Below are positions 1 to 10,935 of a stretch of DNA of 64,000 nucleotides, in pieces; the first letter of the stretch is position 1, and the number at the start of each line of letters is the position of its first letter. The DNA is taken from NCBI GenBank assembly GCA_963848965.1, contig CAWKFG010000001.1, forward strand, positions 256,001 through 320,000, written 5' to 3'. Position numbers and translations under genes: made by a program. Under the pieces are notes generated by a model, which saw only the letters and a list, made by a program, of their open reading frames with translations, ran no database searches and was not told the origin of the DNA. Origin of the DNA: an uncultured bacterium (lineage in GTDB: Bacteria; Babelota; Babeliae; Babelales; Babelaceae).

Positions 1-1917
1 ATTCTGTCATTATGGTCTGAAGATGTTTTTTATCACTACTTAAAGTATCAAGAAGTCAATATACACCGCTGGAAAGAGTTGTCTGCATGGTTTAATACGA
101 ATGAGTGCTTTTTGGAAGTAACACAAGAAACATCTCTGCTAGCTTTAAGAATAAAGAATAAACTCTCTAAAGCAGCGGTATCAATTTCTTTTAAGATAGG
201 TGATATACTGGGAATAAGCGAAAATGAGGATGTTAAAGATATTGTTACACTTGTTGCAGATCCTTTAACTCAACAAGTACTTCCATTCCTTTTAACAGCA
301 TACGGAGGTGCATATGCTCCTGTTGCTTATCTGTTACCTCTGTTAAGTACAAAGCATGAAGAGGCATTAGCTCAAACAATATGTATTCATTTGGCTATGC
401 AAAAAAACCTTAAAAATATGGCTCGCTATCTCCATACGATACGCAAAATTCAAGCGCTTTTAAAAGAGGTATTTCAACAGAGAGTTAAAGTTGGTAATAA
501 TTATCAAGTAACGCCAGTACGACTAAGTGAGGACTTTCCTTTGTTAGATAGTCTAGATCTAACAGCTCGTAATACACAAGAACCCTTCTTGAGCAGGTTA
601 TGGTCTAAAGCTGCAACTGTTGATAACTTTAATGATCTTTTAGGTATCTTAGAAACTTCTTTATTTAAAGCTCAAAAGCCTAGTGAATCATATCCAGGAA
701 GAGTGATAGCTGCATATCGACTTGTTCATAAGTATAAAAAAGAGCTATCACCTATTATTGTAGCTCTTGGGGAATTTGATATGTATATGTCTATAGCACA
801 GCTTTCTCAAGAGAAATATATTCCGCATGAGGAGGCATATGCTCTTTTCAATAAGATAATGGTAGAAAATCAGCATATGTTAAGTGATATTTTTTCTTCA
901 AGTAAACTTGATAGTTTAGTTGATGATGAGATGAAAAAATATGTATCTGAGAATGAGACAACATTTTGTTTTCCAGAACTATTAAATGCTCAAGAACCAG
1001 TTATTGCTTTTGAAGGTTTTTGGAATCCATTAGTGCATACCCCAGGAAAGAATTTTGTGCGTAAAACTGAAACGACAACTGCTGTCATAAACTCTCTTGA
1101 GCTTGGTGACACATGTCCAAGGAATGTGATCATTACAGGACCAAATGGTGGCGGTAAATCGACAATAATGAAAGCGGCTCTTCTTGCTGTTATTCTTGCT
1201 CAAAGTATAGGCATTGCTCCTGCCCAGTTTATGAAATTTACTCCTTTTTCCAAAATATGTGCATATCTTAACATTACTGATGATACAGCAGCAGGTGCTT
1301 CGCTCTTTAATGCAGCTGCTTTACGTGCTGCTAAATTGTTACATAAAGTTGAAACTATGCCAGAGGGACAAATGAGTCTAACGGTGTTTGACGAATTATT
1401 TAATGGAACAAGCCCTCGAGAAGGACAAGCATTAGCATACGCGCTTATTAAAGAGATAGGAACTAAGCTTCATAATATCTGTATATTAACTACCCATTTT
1501 CATTATATTACAAAGCTTGAGCAAGAAGATGCTGATACTTTTGTAAACTATCAAGTATCTGCTCATGTTGATAGAATAGGAAATCATGCTCAAATTGAAT
1601 ATCCTTATAAGTTAGAGCCTGGTATTTCTCGTCAATGTATAGCATTTCATGTTTTACGCAGTAAAGGCTTTAAAAAACGGTTACTTCAAGAAGCAGAGCG
1701 AGTATTGCAAGAACTTGATGATCTCGAAGAGGCTTTACAAGCGCCGCAAGGAGCTCAAAACAATGAGCATGTGTCAGAAGTAGTTGAACAAGAGGAAACC
1801 CAAGAAGATTTCTATAAAGTAGAAGAAGCTGAAGAATATAAAGAAGCACAACTAGCTCTAGATGAAGAAGAGGACCGAATACTTCAAGAAAGGTTACAAG
1901 CTCTACGAAGAACGTAG
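1..1917 (+). CDS. MutS-family domain V ATPase protein (5'-truncated by window edge)
   Basis: Frame is open from base 1; Walker A GPNGGGKS, LAQSIGIAPA, Walker B VFDELFNGT, TTHF and YKLEPG motifs of MutS domain V; acidic C-terminal tail. Confidence 0.85.
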   Translation: MLSLWSEDVFYHYLKYQEVNIHRWKELSAWFNTNECFLEVTQETSLLALRIKNKLSKAAVSISFKIGDILGISENEDVKDIVTLVADPLTQQVLPFLLTAYGGAYAPVAYLLPLLSTKHEEALAQTICIHLAMQKNLKNMARYLHTIRKIQALLKEVFQQRVKVGNNYQVTPVRLSEDFPLLDSLDLTARNTQEPFLSRLWSKAATVDNFNDLLGILETSLFKAQKPSESYPGRVIAAYRLVHKYKKELSPIIVALGEFDMYMSIAQLSQEKYIPHEEAYALFNKIMVENQHMLSDIFSSSKLDSLVDDEMKKYVSENETTFCFPELLNAQEPVIAFEGFWNPLVHTPGKNFVRKTETTTAVINSLELGDTCPRNVIITGPNGGGKSTIMKAALLAVILAQSIGIAPAQFMKFTPFSKICAYLNITDDTAAGASLFNAAALRAAKLLHKVETMPEGQMSLTVFDELFNGTSPREGQALAYALIKEIGTKLHNICILTTHFHYITKLEQEDADTFVNYQVSAHVDRIGNHAQIEYPYKLEPGISRQCIAFHVLRSKGFKKRLLQEAERVLQELDDLEEALQAPQGAQNNEHVSEVVEQEETQEDFYKVEEAEEYKEAQLALDEEEDRILQERLQALRRT

Positions 1918-2004
1918 CAAGCTTAAGAGTGAAAACGTATCAAGGTGTTGCTTTTTGCTTGTTGTCTAGTAAGCTGAAATAAGCACTTACTACGAAAGGA
2001 ACCT

Positions 2005-2892
2005 ATGAGTACTCAGCTTACTAGTAGGGAAAAACAAGTCTTTATTGTTACCGGCTACTCAGGAGCTGGCAAAAGTAGTGTTTTGCGAGCACTCGAGGAT
2101 GTAGGATTCTTTTGTGTTGATAATCTTCCTAGTGGATTTTTAACGTCGTTTTTCCAATTTGTCGGCCAACCAGAGCAGCAGTTAGAGAAAATAGCGCTTG
2201 GTATTGATATACGAGGTGGCCACAATATGTATGATCTTGTAGAGCAACTTATTGCCTGGAATAAACGACAAAACTACCAAATAAAAATTCTTTTTTTAAC
2301 AGCAAGTACAGAAGTGCTTGTTAAACGTTTTCAAGAAACACGACGCAAGCATCCACTAGCAGATCCTCTTGATCTGTCTGATGCTATAGCCTATGAAAAG
2401 CAGCTTTTAAAGCCTCTTTCAGAAAGAGCAGATTTTACCATTGATACTGACCAGTTTAATATCCATGATTTGCGATCATTTGTACGGAATTCACTTACAG
2501 AGAGTAAGCAAAAAATGATGGTAACGTTAGTTTCTTTTGGCTTTAAATATGGTGTTCCTCTTGAAAGTAATTTTGTCTATGATTTACGTTCGCTTCCTAA
2601 TCCCTATTTTGTGCCACATTTAAAAGAGCATGATGGTACGTATCCTCAAGTACGAGACTATTTGTTTAGTCAACCAGAAGTACAGGAATATTGGGGTAAA
2701 TTGCAGGAGTTTCTCTTCTTTGCATTGAAAAAAGCATATAATGAAGGTCGATTCTTTATCAATGTTGCGCTTGGATGCACGGGAGGTCGACATCGTTCAG
2801 TTGCTTTTGTACAAGAACTTGCTCACCATGAAGTAGAACATGTACAATTTTTAGTAAAGCATCGTGACATTTACAAAGATGTACAAAAATAG
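2005..2892 (+). CDS. rapZ: RNase adapter RapZ (YvcJ/YhbJ) P-loop protein
   Basis: VTGYSGAGKS, FCVDNLP, ETRRKHPL, SFGFKYG, LPNPYF, GCTGGRHRSV motifs. Confidence 0.95.
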   Translation: MSTQLTSREKQVFIVTGYSGAGKSSVLRALEDVGFFCVDNLPSGFLTSFFQFVGQPEQQLEKIALGIDIRGGHNMYDLVEQLIAWNKRQNYQIKILFLTASTEVLVKRFQETRRKHPLADPLDLSDAIAYEKQLLKPLSERADFTIDTDQFNIHDLRSFVRNSLTESKQKMMVTLVSFGFKYGVPLESNFVYDLRSLPNPYFVPHLKEHDGTYPQVRDYLFSQPEVQEYWGKLQEFLFFALKKAYNEGRFFINVALGCTGGRHRSVAFVQELAHHEVEHVQFLVKHRDIYKDVQK

Positions 2893-2900
2893 GGGGCTGT

Positions 2901-3197
2901 ATGAAAGAAGTTAAAAGGCTTATTTTACGAGTTTTTCTTATAGGCGAAGTACTTGCTTTAAGTGGCTGGTATATAGGAGGAAACTCTGGATTACGGGCAA
3001 TAAGAAGTGCAGAGAGATACAATAAGCAAGTGCTTGCAGATATAGACACTCTTGAAAAAGAGATAGGTATATTGAAGGATGAGCTTGAAGAACGTCAAAA
3101 AAATTCTTTTTATAAAGAAAGAATAGCACGACAAGAGCTTCAAATGGCTCGAGAACATGAAGAAATTTATCTTTTGCCAGATTCTATAAGAGATTAA
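2901..3197 (+). CDS. ftsB: Septum formation initiator FtsB/DivIC-like protein
   Basis: 98 aa, N-terminal TM, coiled coil, ERIARQELQM..E..Y C-terminal motif. Confidence 0.75.
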   Translation: MKEVKRLILRVFLIGEVLALSGWYIGGNSGLRAIRSAERYNKQVLADIDTLEKEIGILKDELEERQKNSFYKERIARQELQMAREHEEIYLLPDSIRD

Positions 3198-3272
3198 TGC
3201 TCTGCAGTTTTGATTGTTCTTGAAAATATGATAATCTGCACAAAAGGACCTACATAGAGAAAGGAGATTATT

Positions 3273-3878
3273 ATGTTTAAATTAGAACCGTTACCATATG
3301 CCTATGATGCATTAGAACCTTATATTGATGCCAAAACTATGGAATTGCATCATGATAAACATCATCAAAAATATGTAGACGATCTTAATGCTGCGCTTAA
3401 AGATTATCCAGAATTACAGAAAAAATCTCTTGAGGAGTTGCTCAGTGATCTTAATGCTGTTCCTGAATCTGTTCGTAAAGCAGTTCAAAATAATGCAGGA
3501 GGAGACTATAATCATGCAATGTTTTGGCTTCTTATGAAAAAGGGTGGCAGTAAGCCTCTTGGGCATGTAAAAGAGGAGATTATTAAAACATTTAAAAGCT
3601 TTGATAATTTTAAAGAAAAATTCTCTACCGCTGCAAGAACACGTTTTGGTAGTGGCTGGGCATGGCTTTCTATAAATCAAGAAGGTGAACTTGTTATTAC
3701 TTCAACAGCAAATCAAGATACACCTCTTTCACAAGGACTTTCACCTATTTTAGGTCTTGATGTGTGGGAACATGCTTACTACTTAAAGTATAATAATAGA
3801 CGTCCAGATTATATTGAAGCGTGGTGGAATGTTATAAATTGGGAGCAGGTAGAAGCAAATTACATAGAGTGTATGTAG
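3273..3878 (+). CDS. sodA: Superoxide dismutase (Mn/Fe family, Mn-type signature), cytoplasmic
   Basis: [40 protein letters not shown]. Confidence 0.93.
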   Translation: MFKLEPLPYAYDALEPYIDAKTMELHHDKHHQKYVDDLNAALKDYPELQKKSLEELLSDLNAVPESVRKAVQNNAGGDYNHAMFWLLMKKGGSKPLGHVKEEIIKTFKSFDNFKEKFSTAARTRFGSGWAWLSINQEGELVITSTANQDTPLSQGLSPILGLDVWEHAYYLKYNNRRPDYIEAWWNVINWEQVEANYIECM

Positions 3879-3909
3879 AACAGATAGTATTGGTGAAAGG
3901 TCAAAGCTT

Positions 3910-4650
3910 ATGAATATGGATCAAATCTATCGATGGCTCTTTTTTGGAGCACTTGCTCTTTTAGTAGGAGCACTTGCTTATACGCTTATTAAAAAGGTAG
4001 CTCCTAACGGTTTCTTAAGTACTCAAAGTGCACTTTATACCTTGCCACAACTTCCTTATGCATATAATGCGTTAGAGCCTTATATTGACGCTCAAACTAT
4101 GGAATTGCATCATAGTAAGCATCATCAGAAATATATAGATGAGCTTAATACTGCGTTAAAAGAGTACCCTGATTTGCAGAAGAAATCTCTTGAAGAACTC
4201 TTGAGAAATTTAGAGAGCGTACCTGAAGCTATTAGAGCTACTGTTCGCAACAATGGTGGTGGACATTATAACCACTCTTTCTTTTGGCTCATAATGGCGC
4301 CGAAGGCAGGAGGAGCGCCTGTAGGTAAAGTAAAAGAGCTTATTGAGAGGGATTTTGGAAGTTTTGATAAATTTAAAGAGCAGTTTAATCAAGCTGCGCG
4401 TACACGCTTTGGCAGCGGTTGGGCATGGCTTAGCCTTAATAAAGATGGAAAGCTTGTAGTAACTTCTACACAAAACCAGGATACTCCGCTTGCAGATAAG
4501 CTTATTCCACTATTAGGCTTAGATGTGTGGGAACATGCCTATTATTTAAAGTATAATAATAGACGCCCAGATTATATTAATGCATGGTGGAATGTCGTAA
4601 ACTGGAAGCAAGTAGAAGATAATTATCAAAAAGCTGTGCAACCACAATAA
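3910..4650 (+). CDS. Superoxide dismutase (Mn/Fe family) with N-terminal membrane anchor/signal
   Basis: Same SOD motifs ([17 protein letters not shown]) preceded by ~40 aa extension with hydrophobic [19 protein letters not shown]. Confidence 0.93.
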   Translation: MNMDQIYRWLFFGALALLVGALAYTLIKKVAPNGFLSTQSALYTLPQLPYAYNALEPYIDAQTMELHHSKHHQKYIDELNTALKEYPDLQKKSLEELLRNLESVPEAIRATVRNNGGGHYNHSFFWLIMAPKAGGAPVGKVKELIERDFGSFDKFKEQFNQAARTRFGSGWAWLSLNKDGKLVVTSTQNQDTPLADKLIPLLGLDVWEHAYYLKYNNRRPDYINAWWNVVNWKQVEDNYQKAVQPQ

Positions 4651-4680
4651 AAGAGGGCTGCATAAAGCAGCCCTTAATTA
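4651..4680. terminator. Hairpin terminator between convergent sod and GH3 genes
   Basis: AGGGCTGC-ATAAA-GCAGCCCT. Confidence 0.7.
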
Positions 4681-4710
4681 TTTGAAAGTTATGTACAAAC
4701 GTTCTACAAG

Positions 4711-6360
4711 CTAGAATGTAAGACTTGTTCCAGCTGCAAATGTAGGTGAAGCAGTAACTGGTAATTTACCTTGAGGAACAAGTTTGCCAAGAAGCACTTT
4801 TGCAGCGCCTTCTTGTGCGTCTTTCTCATCTTCATAAGCTACAAGAATGCTGTTTTCATTGCCAAAGAAGGTAAGTCCATAAGGAGTGCCGAAAAGCACA
4901 AGAATAACTTTTTTGCCAAGTGAGGAAACATTCTTAATGAATTCTCTGGTTTCTTGTGCTATGCCATAATCTTGTTGAGCAAATTTATTCATACCAAAAA
5001 GAGCAATTATAGCAGTATCTTTGGTTGTACATTCTGTTTTGATCTGTGAAAGTACCTCTTGTAGTTGGGCTGGAGTTGCTGTATAAAGAGGAAGAGTTCC
5101 ATATGATTGTAGTGCTTGTGCAAATGGGCATGAAGCGTCTTTTTCTATTACTACTGTAAAAAGCTTAGAGGTATCTTTAAGAGGAAGTAGTTGTTGATCA
5201 TTTTTTACCAAAGTAAGAGCTGCATAGTAAAGCTTCTTTTTCAATTCTTGTACTTCTTGTGTATTCAATGTTTGTAGTGCCTCTGAGACGTTAACAAAGC
5301 GATTTTTATGTAATAAGAGCTCTTCTTTTGCTTGTAAGATTTTTAATACTCGAGCATCAAGTTCGTTTTCAGGAAAAGTTTTTTCGTCTAGTGCTTTTTC
5401 AATAAGTGTAACTGTTTGTTGAATATCAACGGGATAAAGAAGAATATGATTGCCTGCAAGTAAAGCCTGAAGCTCTGCTGTTCCCTGGCCAAAATGTTCA
5501 GTAATTGCTTTCATATTGAGAGCGTCGGTAATTACTAATCCCTTAAAACCGAGCTTTTCTTTCAGAAGTTCGGTTATAAGCTTTTTAGAAAGGCTTGAAG
5601 GAAAGGTATTGTCATAAGCAGGAACTTTTAAATGAGCATTCATAACACATTTAACACCATGAGCGATAAGTTGTGTAAAAGGATAAAGTTCTACAGATTC
5701 AAAGCGCTCCTTAGGGTGATTGATGCATGGCAGCCCTAAATGAGAGTCTACTTCAGTATCTCCATGACCAGGAAAGTGCTTAGCACAGGCGTATGTACCT
5801 GCATCTTGTAATCCTTTCATAAAAAGAATGCTTGCTGCAGCTACTTTTGCCTTATCTTCACCAAAAGATCTATCACTAATAACTGGATTTTTAGGATTAT
5901 TGTTAATGTCTGCTACAGGAGCAAAGTTGATATGGATACCGAGTGCTTTACATTGTTTACCCACAATATACCCCATTGTATAGATATTTGCAGGATTAGC
6001 CATAGCTCCTAAAGTGAGATTACGCGGAAAACGAAGAGCATCATCGAGCCGCATGTTAAGGCCCCATTCGCAATCTTGAGCGATAAGCAAAGGAAGCTTG
6101 CTTAATGACTGGTAATGGTTTATTGTTTCTGTTTGTGGCTTTACTGTATTTCTCTGTACTAAAAGTACGCCTCCAACGTGGTATTGTTGTATAAGTGATG
6201 CAGCTTTCTCTTGTTCTTGAGGAGTGACGCCTATCATAAAGAGTTGTGCTATTTTATCTCGACGGGAAAGATTTTTGAGTGTTTCTTCTGCCCAGCCTGC
6301 ACGTGCTGTAAAAGAGAGAAATATGCAGCCAACTAGGCTTACAAGTATACGCTTAGTCAT
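4711..6360 (-). CDS. Glycoside hydrolase family 3 beta-N-acetylglucosaminidase (NagZ-like), signal peptide
   Basis: KHFPGHGDTEVDSH, ITDALNM, RSFGED, GKLPV; N-terminal signal peptide ending ARA. Confidence 0.9.
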   Translation of the reverse strand: MTKRILVSLVGCIFLSFTARAGWAEETLKNLSRRDKIAQLFMIGVTPQEQEKAASLIQQYHVGGVLLVQRNTVKPQTETINHYQSLSKLPLLIAQDCEWGLNMRLDDALRFPRNLTLGAMANPANIYTMGYIVGKQCKALGIHINFAPVADINNNPKNPVISDRSFGEDKAKVAAASILFMKGLQDAGTYACAKHFPGHGDTEVDSHLGLPCINHPKERFESVELYPFTQLIAHGVKCVMNAHLKVPAYDNTFPSSLSKKLITELLKEKLGFKGLVITDALNMKAITEHFGQGTAELQALLAGNHILLYPVDIQQTVTLIEKALDEKTFPENELDARVLKILQAKEELLLHKNRFVNVSEALQTLNTQEVQELKKKLYYAALTLVKNDQQLLPLKDTSKLFTVVIEKDASCPFAQALQSYGTLPLYTATPAQLQEVLSQIKTECTTKDTAIIALFGMNKFAQQDYGIAQETREFIKNVSSLGKKVILVLFGTPYGLTFFGNENSILVAYEDEKDAQEGAAKVLLGKLVPQGKLPVTASPTFAAGTSLTF

Positions 6361-6514
6361 AGCATCTCCTTAAGGTTAAGAGGTTGTATTTTGTGCTAGA
6401 ATAGCATAGGAGTTCTCAAGGGTAAAGGCCATCCTCTGTCATACCATGAGGAAATGGAAGAGCACGTTTTCAAAAAGACAGAGGCGTCGTCTAACTTTTT
6501 TGGTGGAAGGGAAC

Positions 6515-7186
6515 TTATAGGTAAATAAGAGCCTCTCGTATACTAAGAGAAGATAAAACATCTTTATTTTTTGTAACAAATTCTCTTACTGCTGTTGAAT
6601 TAGTTTTTGAATGGTGGCGTAGTGCCCATCCAATAGCTTTTCTTATAAAGAAATCTTTGTGCGAAGCTGAATATTGGCAATAGCGAAAAAGTCGCTCTTC
6701 ATCTGTACCTAATTTCCACTGTAGCTGAAATATAAGAGCAGAGCGTTGAATCCATAAGTAATCATCTTTGATCCACTTGTCCATATGGTTTATAAGATCA
6801 GGATGCCTGCTGATTAAATCACCTATACTGTGAGCAGCTAGTGTATCTACGGTATCCCACCATGATTTTGTCCGAATAAGATATTCAAAAGTGCTCAATG
6901 CAGTGACAGAAAAGAATTTTTTATAGCGTTGAGCAAGCACAAGTGCTGTATACTGAAATTCTCGTTCTTCTAGATGCCAAAGTTCTTTTATAGTACTTAT
7001 AAGCTCTTGCTCATCTGAAGGGCCATACTTTTTAAGAATTGCTTTTTCTAAAAGAGCTCGTTGAGGTTTTGGAATACCAAAGAACAAAAACTGATTCCTC
7101 ATATAAGCTGATTGCTTACGTGCAAGATCAGGATTTTTATGCGAAATAAAAGTGTCCTTAAGTTCTTGGATTATACTAGCTTTCAT
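6515..7186 (-). CDS. DNA alkylation repair protein (AlkD-like HEAT-repeat glycosylase)
   Basis: AYMRNQF.FFGI, EREFQY, SWWDTVD, FFIRKAIGWALR; ATG at 7186 chosen over TTG at 7198. Confidence 0.88.
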   Translation of the reverse strand: MKASIIQELKDTFISHKNPDLARKQSAYMRNQFLFFGIPKPQRALLEKAILKKYGPSDEQELISTIKELWHLEEREFQYTALVLAQRYKKFFSVTALSTFEYLIRTKSWWDTVDTLAAHSIGDLISRHPDLINHMDKWIKDDYLWIQRSALIFQLQWKLGTDEERLFRYCQYSASHKDFFIRKAIGWALRHHSKTNSTAVREFVTKNKDVLSSLSIREALIYL

Positions 7187-9098
7187 ATTTTCCGCCAAGG
7201 TGCTGTGCTAAAAACTTTTCTGCAGCAGCGTAGAATTTTTGCTTATTATCATATTTTACAAATCCATGACCTTCATCTTCAAAAAGCATATATTCATGTG
7301 GAATATTATGTGCTTTAAGGGCAGCTACAATCTGTTCTGCTTCCTCTTTTGGTACTCGAGGATCTTGTGCTCCTTGAGCAATTAAAAGAGGAATCTTAAT
7401 GTTTTGTACTTTAAAGAGTGGTGAACGATCCTTAAGGAATTGCTTTTCTGTTTGAGGATCTCCTATACACTTATATACTTCATGCAAGTGTAATGCCCAA
7501 TAAGCAGGAGCAGATTTTAAAAAGGTAATTAGATTGCACGGTCCTACAAGGTCTACTGCGCAGCAAAATACATCGGGGGTAAATGTTGCACCTACTAAGG
7601 CTGCATAACCGCCATAAGAAGCTCCATAGATTGCTACTTTCCTAGGATCAGCGATACCACGTTTAACTGCCCATTGTACGGCGTCAACAAGATCGTTATG
7701 CATTTTTCCAGCCCATTCTTTGTTTGCTGCATTAACAAATTGTTTACCGTATCCTGTAGATCCCCGGTAGTTCACTTGAAGTACTGCATATCCTCTATTG
7801 GCAAGCCACTGTACTTCTGCTCGATAGCCCCACGTATCCCGTATCCAAGGACCGCCATGAACAAGCAGTACTAACGGCAAGTTGCGTCGTTCAACACCTG
7901 AAGGGCAGGTCAAATAACCATGAATAGTAAGGCCATCACGAGCTGTGAATGAACAGGGCTCACAAGGAGCAAGTGCATACTTGTTTAATACAGGGCGTAG
8001 ATCAAAAAGGTGTGTAGCTTTATTTTGAGTAGTAGTATACAGATAAAATGCTGCAGATTTTGTATCGTGCTCAATACAGACAATCCACTTTTCTTGTTTA
8101 TCGTCAACGCTTAAGATATAGAGATTTCCTTTATCAATGGAAGTAAGCGCAGACAGTGTTTTTTTAAAGTGTGGATGAAGAGCTTTCCATTCTTCGTACT
8201 CTTTAACAAATGAAACTGCTTCAACTTCCCCTGTATCTGGATTAATATGTACTGAATGTACATCAGACTGAGGATCTTCTGCAAGTACTTCAATCTTTTT
8301 TGTTGCAAGATCCATTTTTACAAGTCTACTTGTATTAGCATCTTTAGAGTCGAACAAGTATAGAAACTTACCATCATGTGAAAATTCTGCAGGGCCACTA
8401 AGTGTGTAATCTTCATGTTCCCATATACGTGCAGTCTCCCAAGCAGATTTTGCGTCTTTACGTACAAGTAGTTTAGTACAGCCATTTTCCATAGGCACCG
8501 TTGCTGCGCGTATTATAAGGTCCTTATCTGCGAGCCAGTCTGAGATAGTACCTGGATTTTTTTCAACGAGATCTAGCTTGCCAGTAGAAAGATCAAGCTT
8601 ATAGACATCATGTACTTGAGGATTATCTTTGTTAAGACCGATAAGAAGAGTTTGTGGGTGAAATTTATTACCGGCAATAATTTTAGCTTGTACTTTCTCA
8701 AAAGGTGTATAACACGTAACTTTGCCATCAGGGATAGTTACTCCATAAAGTTGCCAATTTTCATCTCCGTTACTATCTCGTATATAAAGAATTTTGCTGC
8801 TATCAGGTGCCCAAAAATAGCTTTGTATTGAACGATCTGTTATATTGGTTATAGCTCTGTCATCATTTTTATCAAGGCTTCTTACCCAAATGTTGAGTGC
8901 TGACGTTGCTGAATTTAAAGGAGCAAGATAGCTTATAGAGGTTCCATCAGGAGAAATACGTGCTAATGTTTTAGAGGGGCACCCAAAAAGCACTGTTCGT
9001 GGAATTAACGTGAGTTTAGCTGGAGTAATCATAGTACTGATACCAATACATGCGGCTACTGCAAAAAGTAAAAAAGCAAAGAGAAAGGGTTTTTTCAT
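7176..9098 (-). CDS. S9 family prolyl oligopeptidase/acylaminoacyl peptidase, signal peptide
   Basis: VHGGPW, NYRGSTGYG, GASYGG nucleophile, DPRV, DEGHG. Confidence 0.92.
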   Translation of the reverse strand: MKKPFLFAFLLFAVAACIGISTMITPAKLTLIPRTVLFGCPSKTLARISPDGTSISYLAPLNSATSALNIWVRSLDKNDDRAITNITDRSIQSYFWAPDSSKILYIRDSNGDENWQLYGVTIPDGKVTCYTPFEKVQAKIIAGNKFHPQTLLIGLNKDNPQVHDVYKLDLSTGKLDLVEKNPGTISDWLADKDLIIRAATVPMENGCTKLLVRKDAKSAWETARIWEHEDYTLSGPAEFSHDGKFLYLFDSKDANTSRLVKMDLATKKIEVLAEDPQSDVHSVHINPDTGEVEAVSFVKEYEEWKALHPHFKKTLSALTSIDKGNLYILSVDDKQEKWIVCIEHDTKSAAFYLYTTTQNKATHLFDLRPVLNKYALAPCEPCSFTARDGLTIHGYLTCPSGVERRNLPLVLLVHGGPWIRDTWGYRAEVQWLANRGYAVLQVNYRGSTGYGKQFVNAANKEWAGKMHNDLVDAVQWAVKRGIADPRKVAIYGASYGGYAALVGATFTPDVFCCAVDLVGPCNLITFLKSAPAYWALHLHEVYKCIGDPQTEKQFLKDRSPLFKVQNIKIPLLIAQGAQDPRVPKEEAEQIVAALKAHNIPHEYMLFEDEGHGFVKYDNKQKFYAAAEKFLAQHLGGKYES

Positions 9099-9213
9099 AA
9101 TTAAAGGCCTTTAAGAGAAATTATACTTATACATTTATACTCTTAATAGTACCTAATTTTTTATTTTTTGTTAAACTTTAAAAAAAGAGTCTTATTTTAT
9201 TTTATGGTTTGTT

Positions 9214-10713
9214 ATGGATAAAAAAAATACTACGCATGAGCATCAGGGTGAACACGAAGTACAAGAGCATCAGATTCGTGTAGAAAAAGTTCGTAAGTTA
9301 CGTGAGCTGGGTATTGAGCCGTGGCCAGATACGCAACCAGTAGACAGTACGTGTACTCAGGTTATACAAGAATTTCAGGAAGGTAAAGAGCGCCGCTATC
9401 GTGTAGCAGGACGCTTAATGACCATTCGAGTGCATGGCAAAACAGCATTTGCTAATATACAAGATACTACCGGTAAGCTACAGATTTATCTTCGAGCAGA
9501 TACTATTGGACAAGAACGGTTTAAGATTTTTGAAGAGCTGCTTGATACTGGAGATATTCTCTGGTGCGAGGGAACTTCATTTAAGACAAAAACAGGTGAG
9601 ATTACTCTTAATGTAGAAAAATATATTCTACTGAGTAAGTGTTTATATCCATTACCAGATAAATTTCATGGTCTTCATGATATTGAAATTAAGTATCGGC
9701 AGCGGTATCTTGATTTAATGACAAGTAAAGAGACTCGTGATAGGTTTATTACGCGTACGAAAATTATAAGCTCTTTACGATGCTATCTTGATAGTCATGG
9801 ATACTTTGAAGTAGAAACACCTATGTTGCATCCAATAGCTGGAGGAGCTGCAGCTCGTCCTTTTATTACGCATCACAACGCGCTTGATAGTGATTTCTAT
9901 ATAAGAATTGCCCCTGAACTTTATCTTAAAAGGCTATTAGTTGGCGGATTTGAACGTGTTTATGAGCTTAATAGAAATTTTCGTAATGAAGGCATATCTA
10001 CGCGACATAATCCAGAATTTACGATGCTTGAATTTTATACAGCATATAAGGATTATCATTTTAGTATGGATTTTGTTGAAGATATGCTTCGTAAAGCTGC
10101 ACAAGAAGCAGCAGGTAGATTGCAGTTGCCTTATGGAGAGCTATCGATAGATTTTGAAGCACCGTTTAAACGTTTAAGTATGAAACAAGCGGTACTTGAA
10201 TATGGTAATCTTCAGGAAGCTGATCTTGCTGCTGATAAAATAGATCTTGCTATTGATAAGCATAACATTAAACTTGCTCATAAAAATGCCTCAGTAGGCG
10301 AAAAGATTTTTGCTCTTTTTGAAGAGCTTGTTGAACATAAGCTTTTACAACCAACATTTATTCTTGATTTTCCTATCGAAACATCGCCTCTTACTAAGCG
10401 TGACAGTACTAACCCTGCTATTGCTCCTCGTTATGAATTATTTATAGCAGGTATGGAGATTAGTAATAGTTATAATGAGCTTAATGATCCTTTCGATCAA
10501 GCAGAACGTTTTCGTGAACAGTTACAAGCACATGCTGCAGGTAATGTAGAAGCACATCAGTTTGATGCAGACTATGTCAAGGCATTAGAATACGCAATGC
10601 CTCCTGCTGTTGGTGTTGGCATTGGTATAGATAGACTTGTTATGCTTTTTACTAATACTCCTTCAATTAAAGAGGTCATTCTCTTTCCTACGCTTAAAAA
10701 GAAATCAGAGTAA
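9214..10713 (+). CDS. lysS: Lysyl-tRNA synthetase class II
   Basis: YRQRYLDL, GGAAARPF.THHN, FRNEGISTRHNPEF, GIGIDRL. Confidence 0.98.
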   Translation: MDKKNTTHEHQGEHEVQEHQIRVEKVRKLRELGIEPWPDTQPVDSTCTQVIQEFQEGKERRYRVAGRLMTIRVHGKTAFANIQDTTGKLQIYLRADTIGQERFKIFEELLDTGDILWCEGTSFKTKTGEITLNVEKYILLSKCLYPLPDKFHGLHDIEIKYRQRYLDLMTSKETRDRFITRTKIISSLRCYLDSHGYFEVETPMLHPIAGGAAARPFITHHNALDSDFYIRIAPELYLKRLLVGGFERVYELNRNFRNEGISTRHNPEFTMLEFYTAYKDYHFSMDFVEDMLRKAAQEAAGRLQLPYGELSIDFEAPFKRLSMKQAVLEYGNLQEADLAADKIDLAIDKHNIKLAHKNASVGEKIFALFEELVEHKLLQPTFILDFPIETSPLTKRDSTNPAIAPRYELFIAGMEISNSYNELNDPFDQAERFREQLQAHAAGNVEAHQFDADYVKALEYAMPPAVGVGIGIDRLVMLFTNTPSIKEVILFPTLKKKSE

Positions 10714-10719
10714 TAAGTT

Positions 10720-10750
10720 ATAAAGGAGGTGTGAACCTCCTTTATTGTTT
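10720..10750 (+). terminator. Intrinsic terminator after lysS
   Basis: ATAAAGGAGGT-GTGA-ACCTCCTTTAT followed by T-rich run. Confidence 0.75.
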
Positions 10751-10935
10751 GTCTCCTTATTTAAAGTCTCGATGAACAAGCCTATTGTAACTTTAGCCTT
10801 CTATATTTTTTATTTGTAATTGTGATTTGCTACAATTATCCTAAAGATGGTAATTATTGACTTTGTTTTATTAACTTGTATATTTGAAATTACTATAATG
10901 GTTATTTATAAATTACTCTTACAAAAAGGTTACTC

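Noticed and set aside
6433..6484. CCTCTGTC/GACAGAGG stem upstream of the GH3 gene as a riboswitch
   Set aside because: Only one convincing helix and no recognisable aptamer motif
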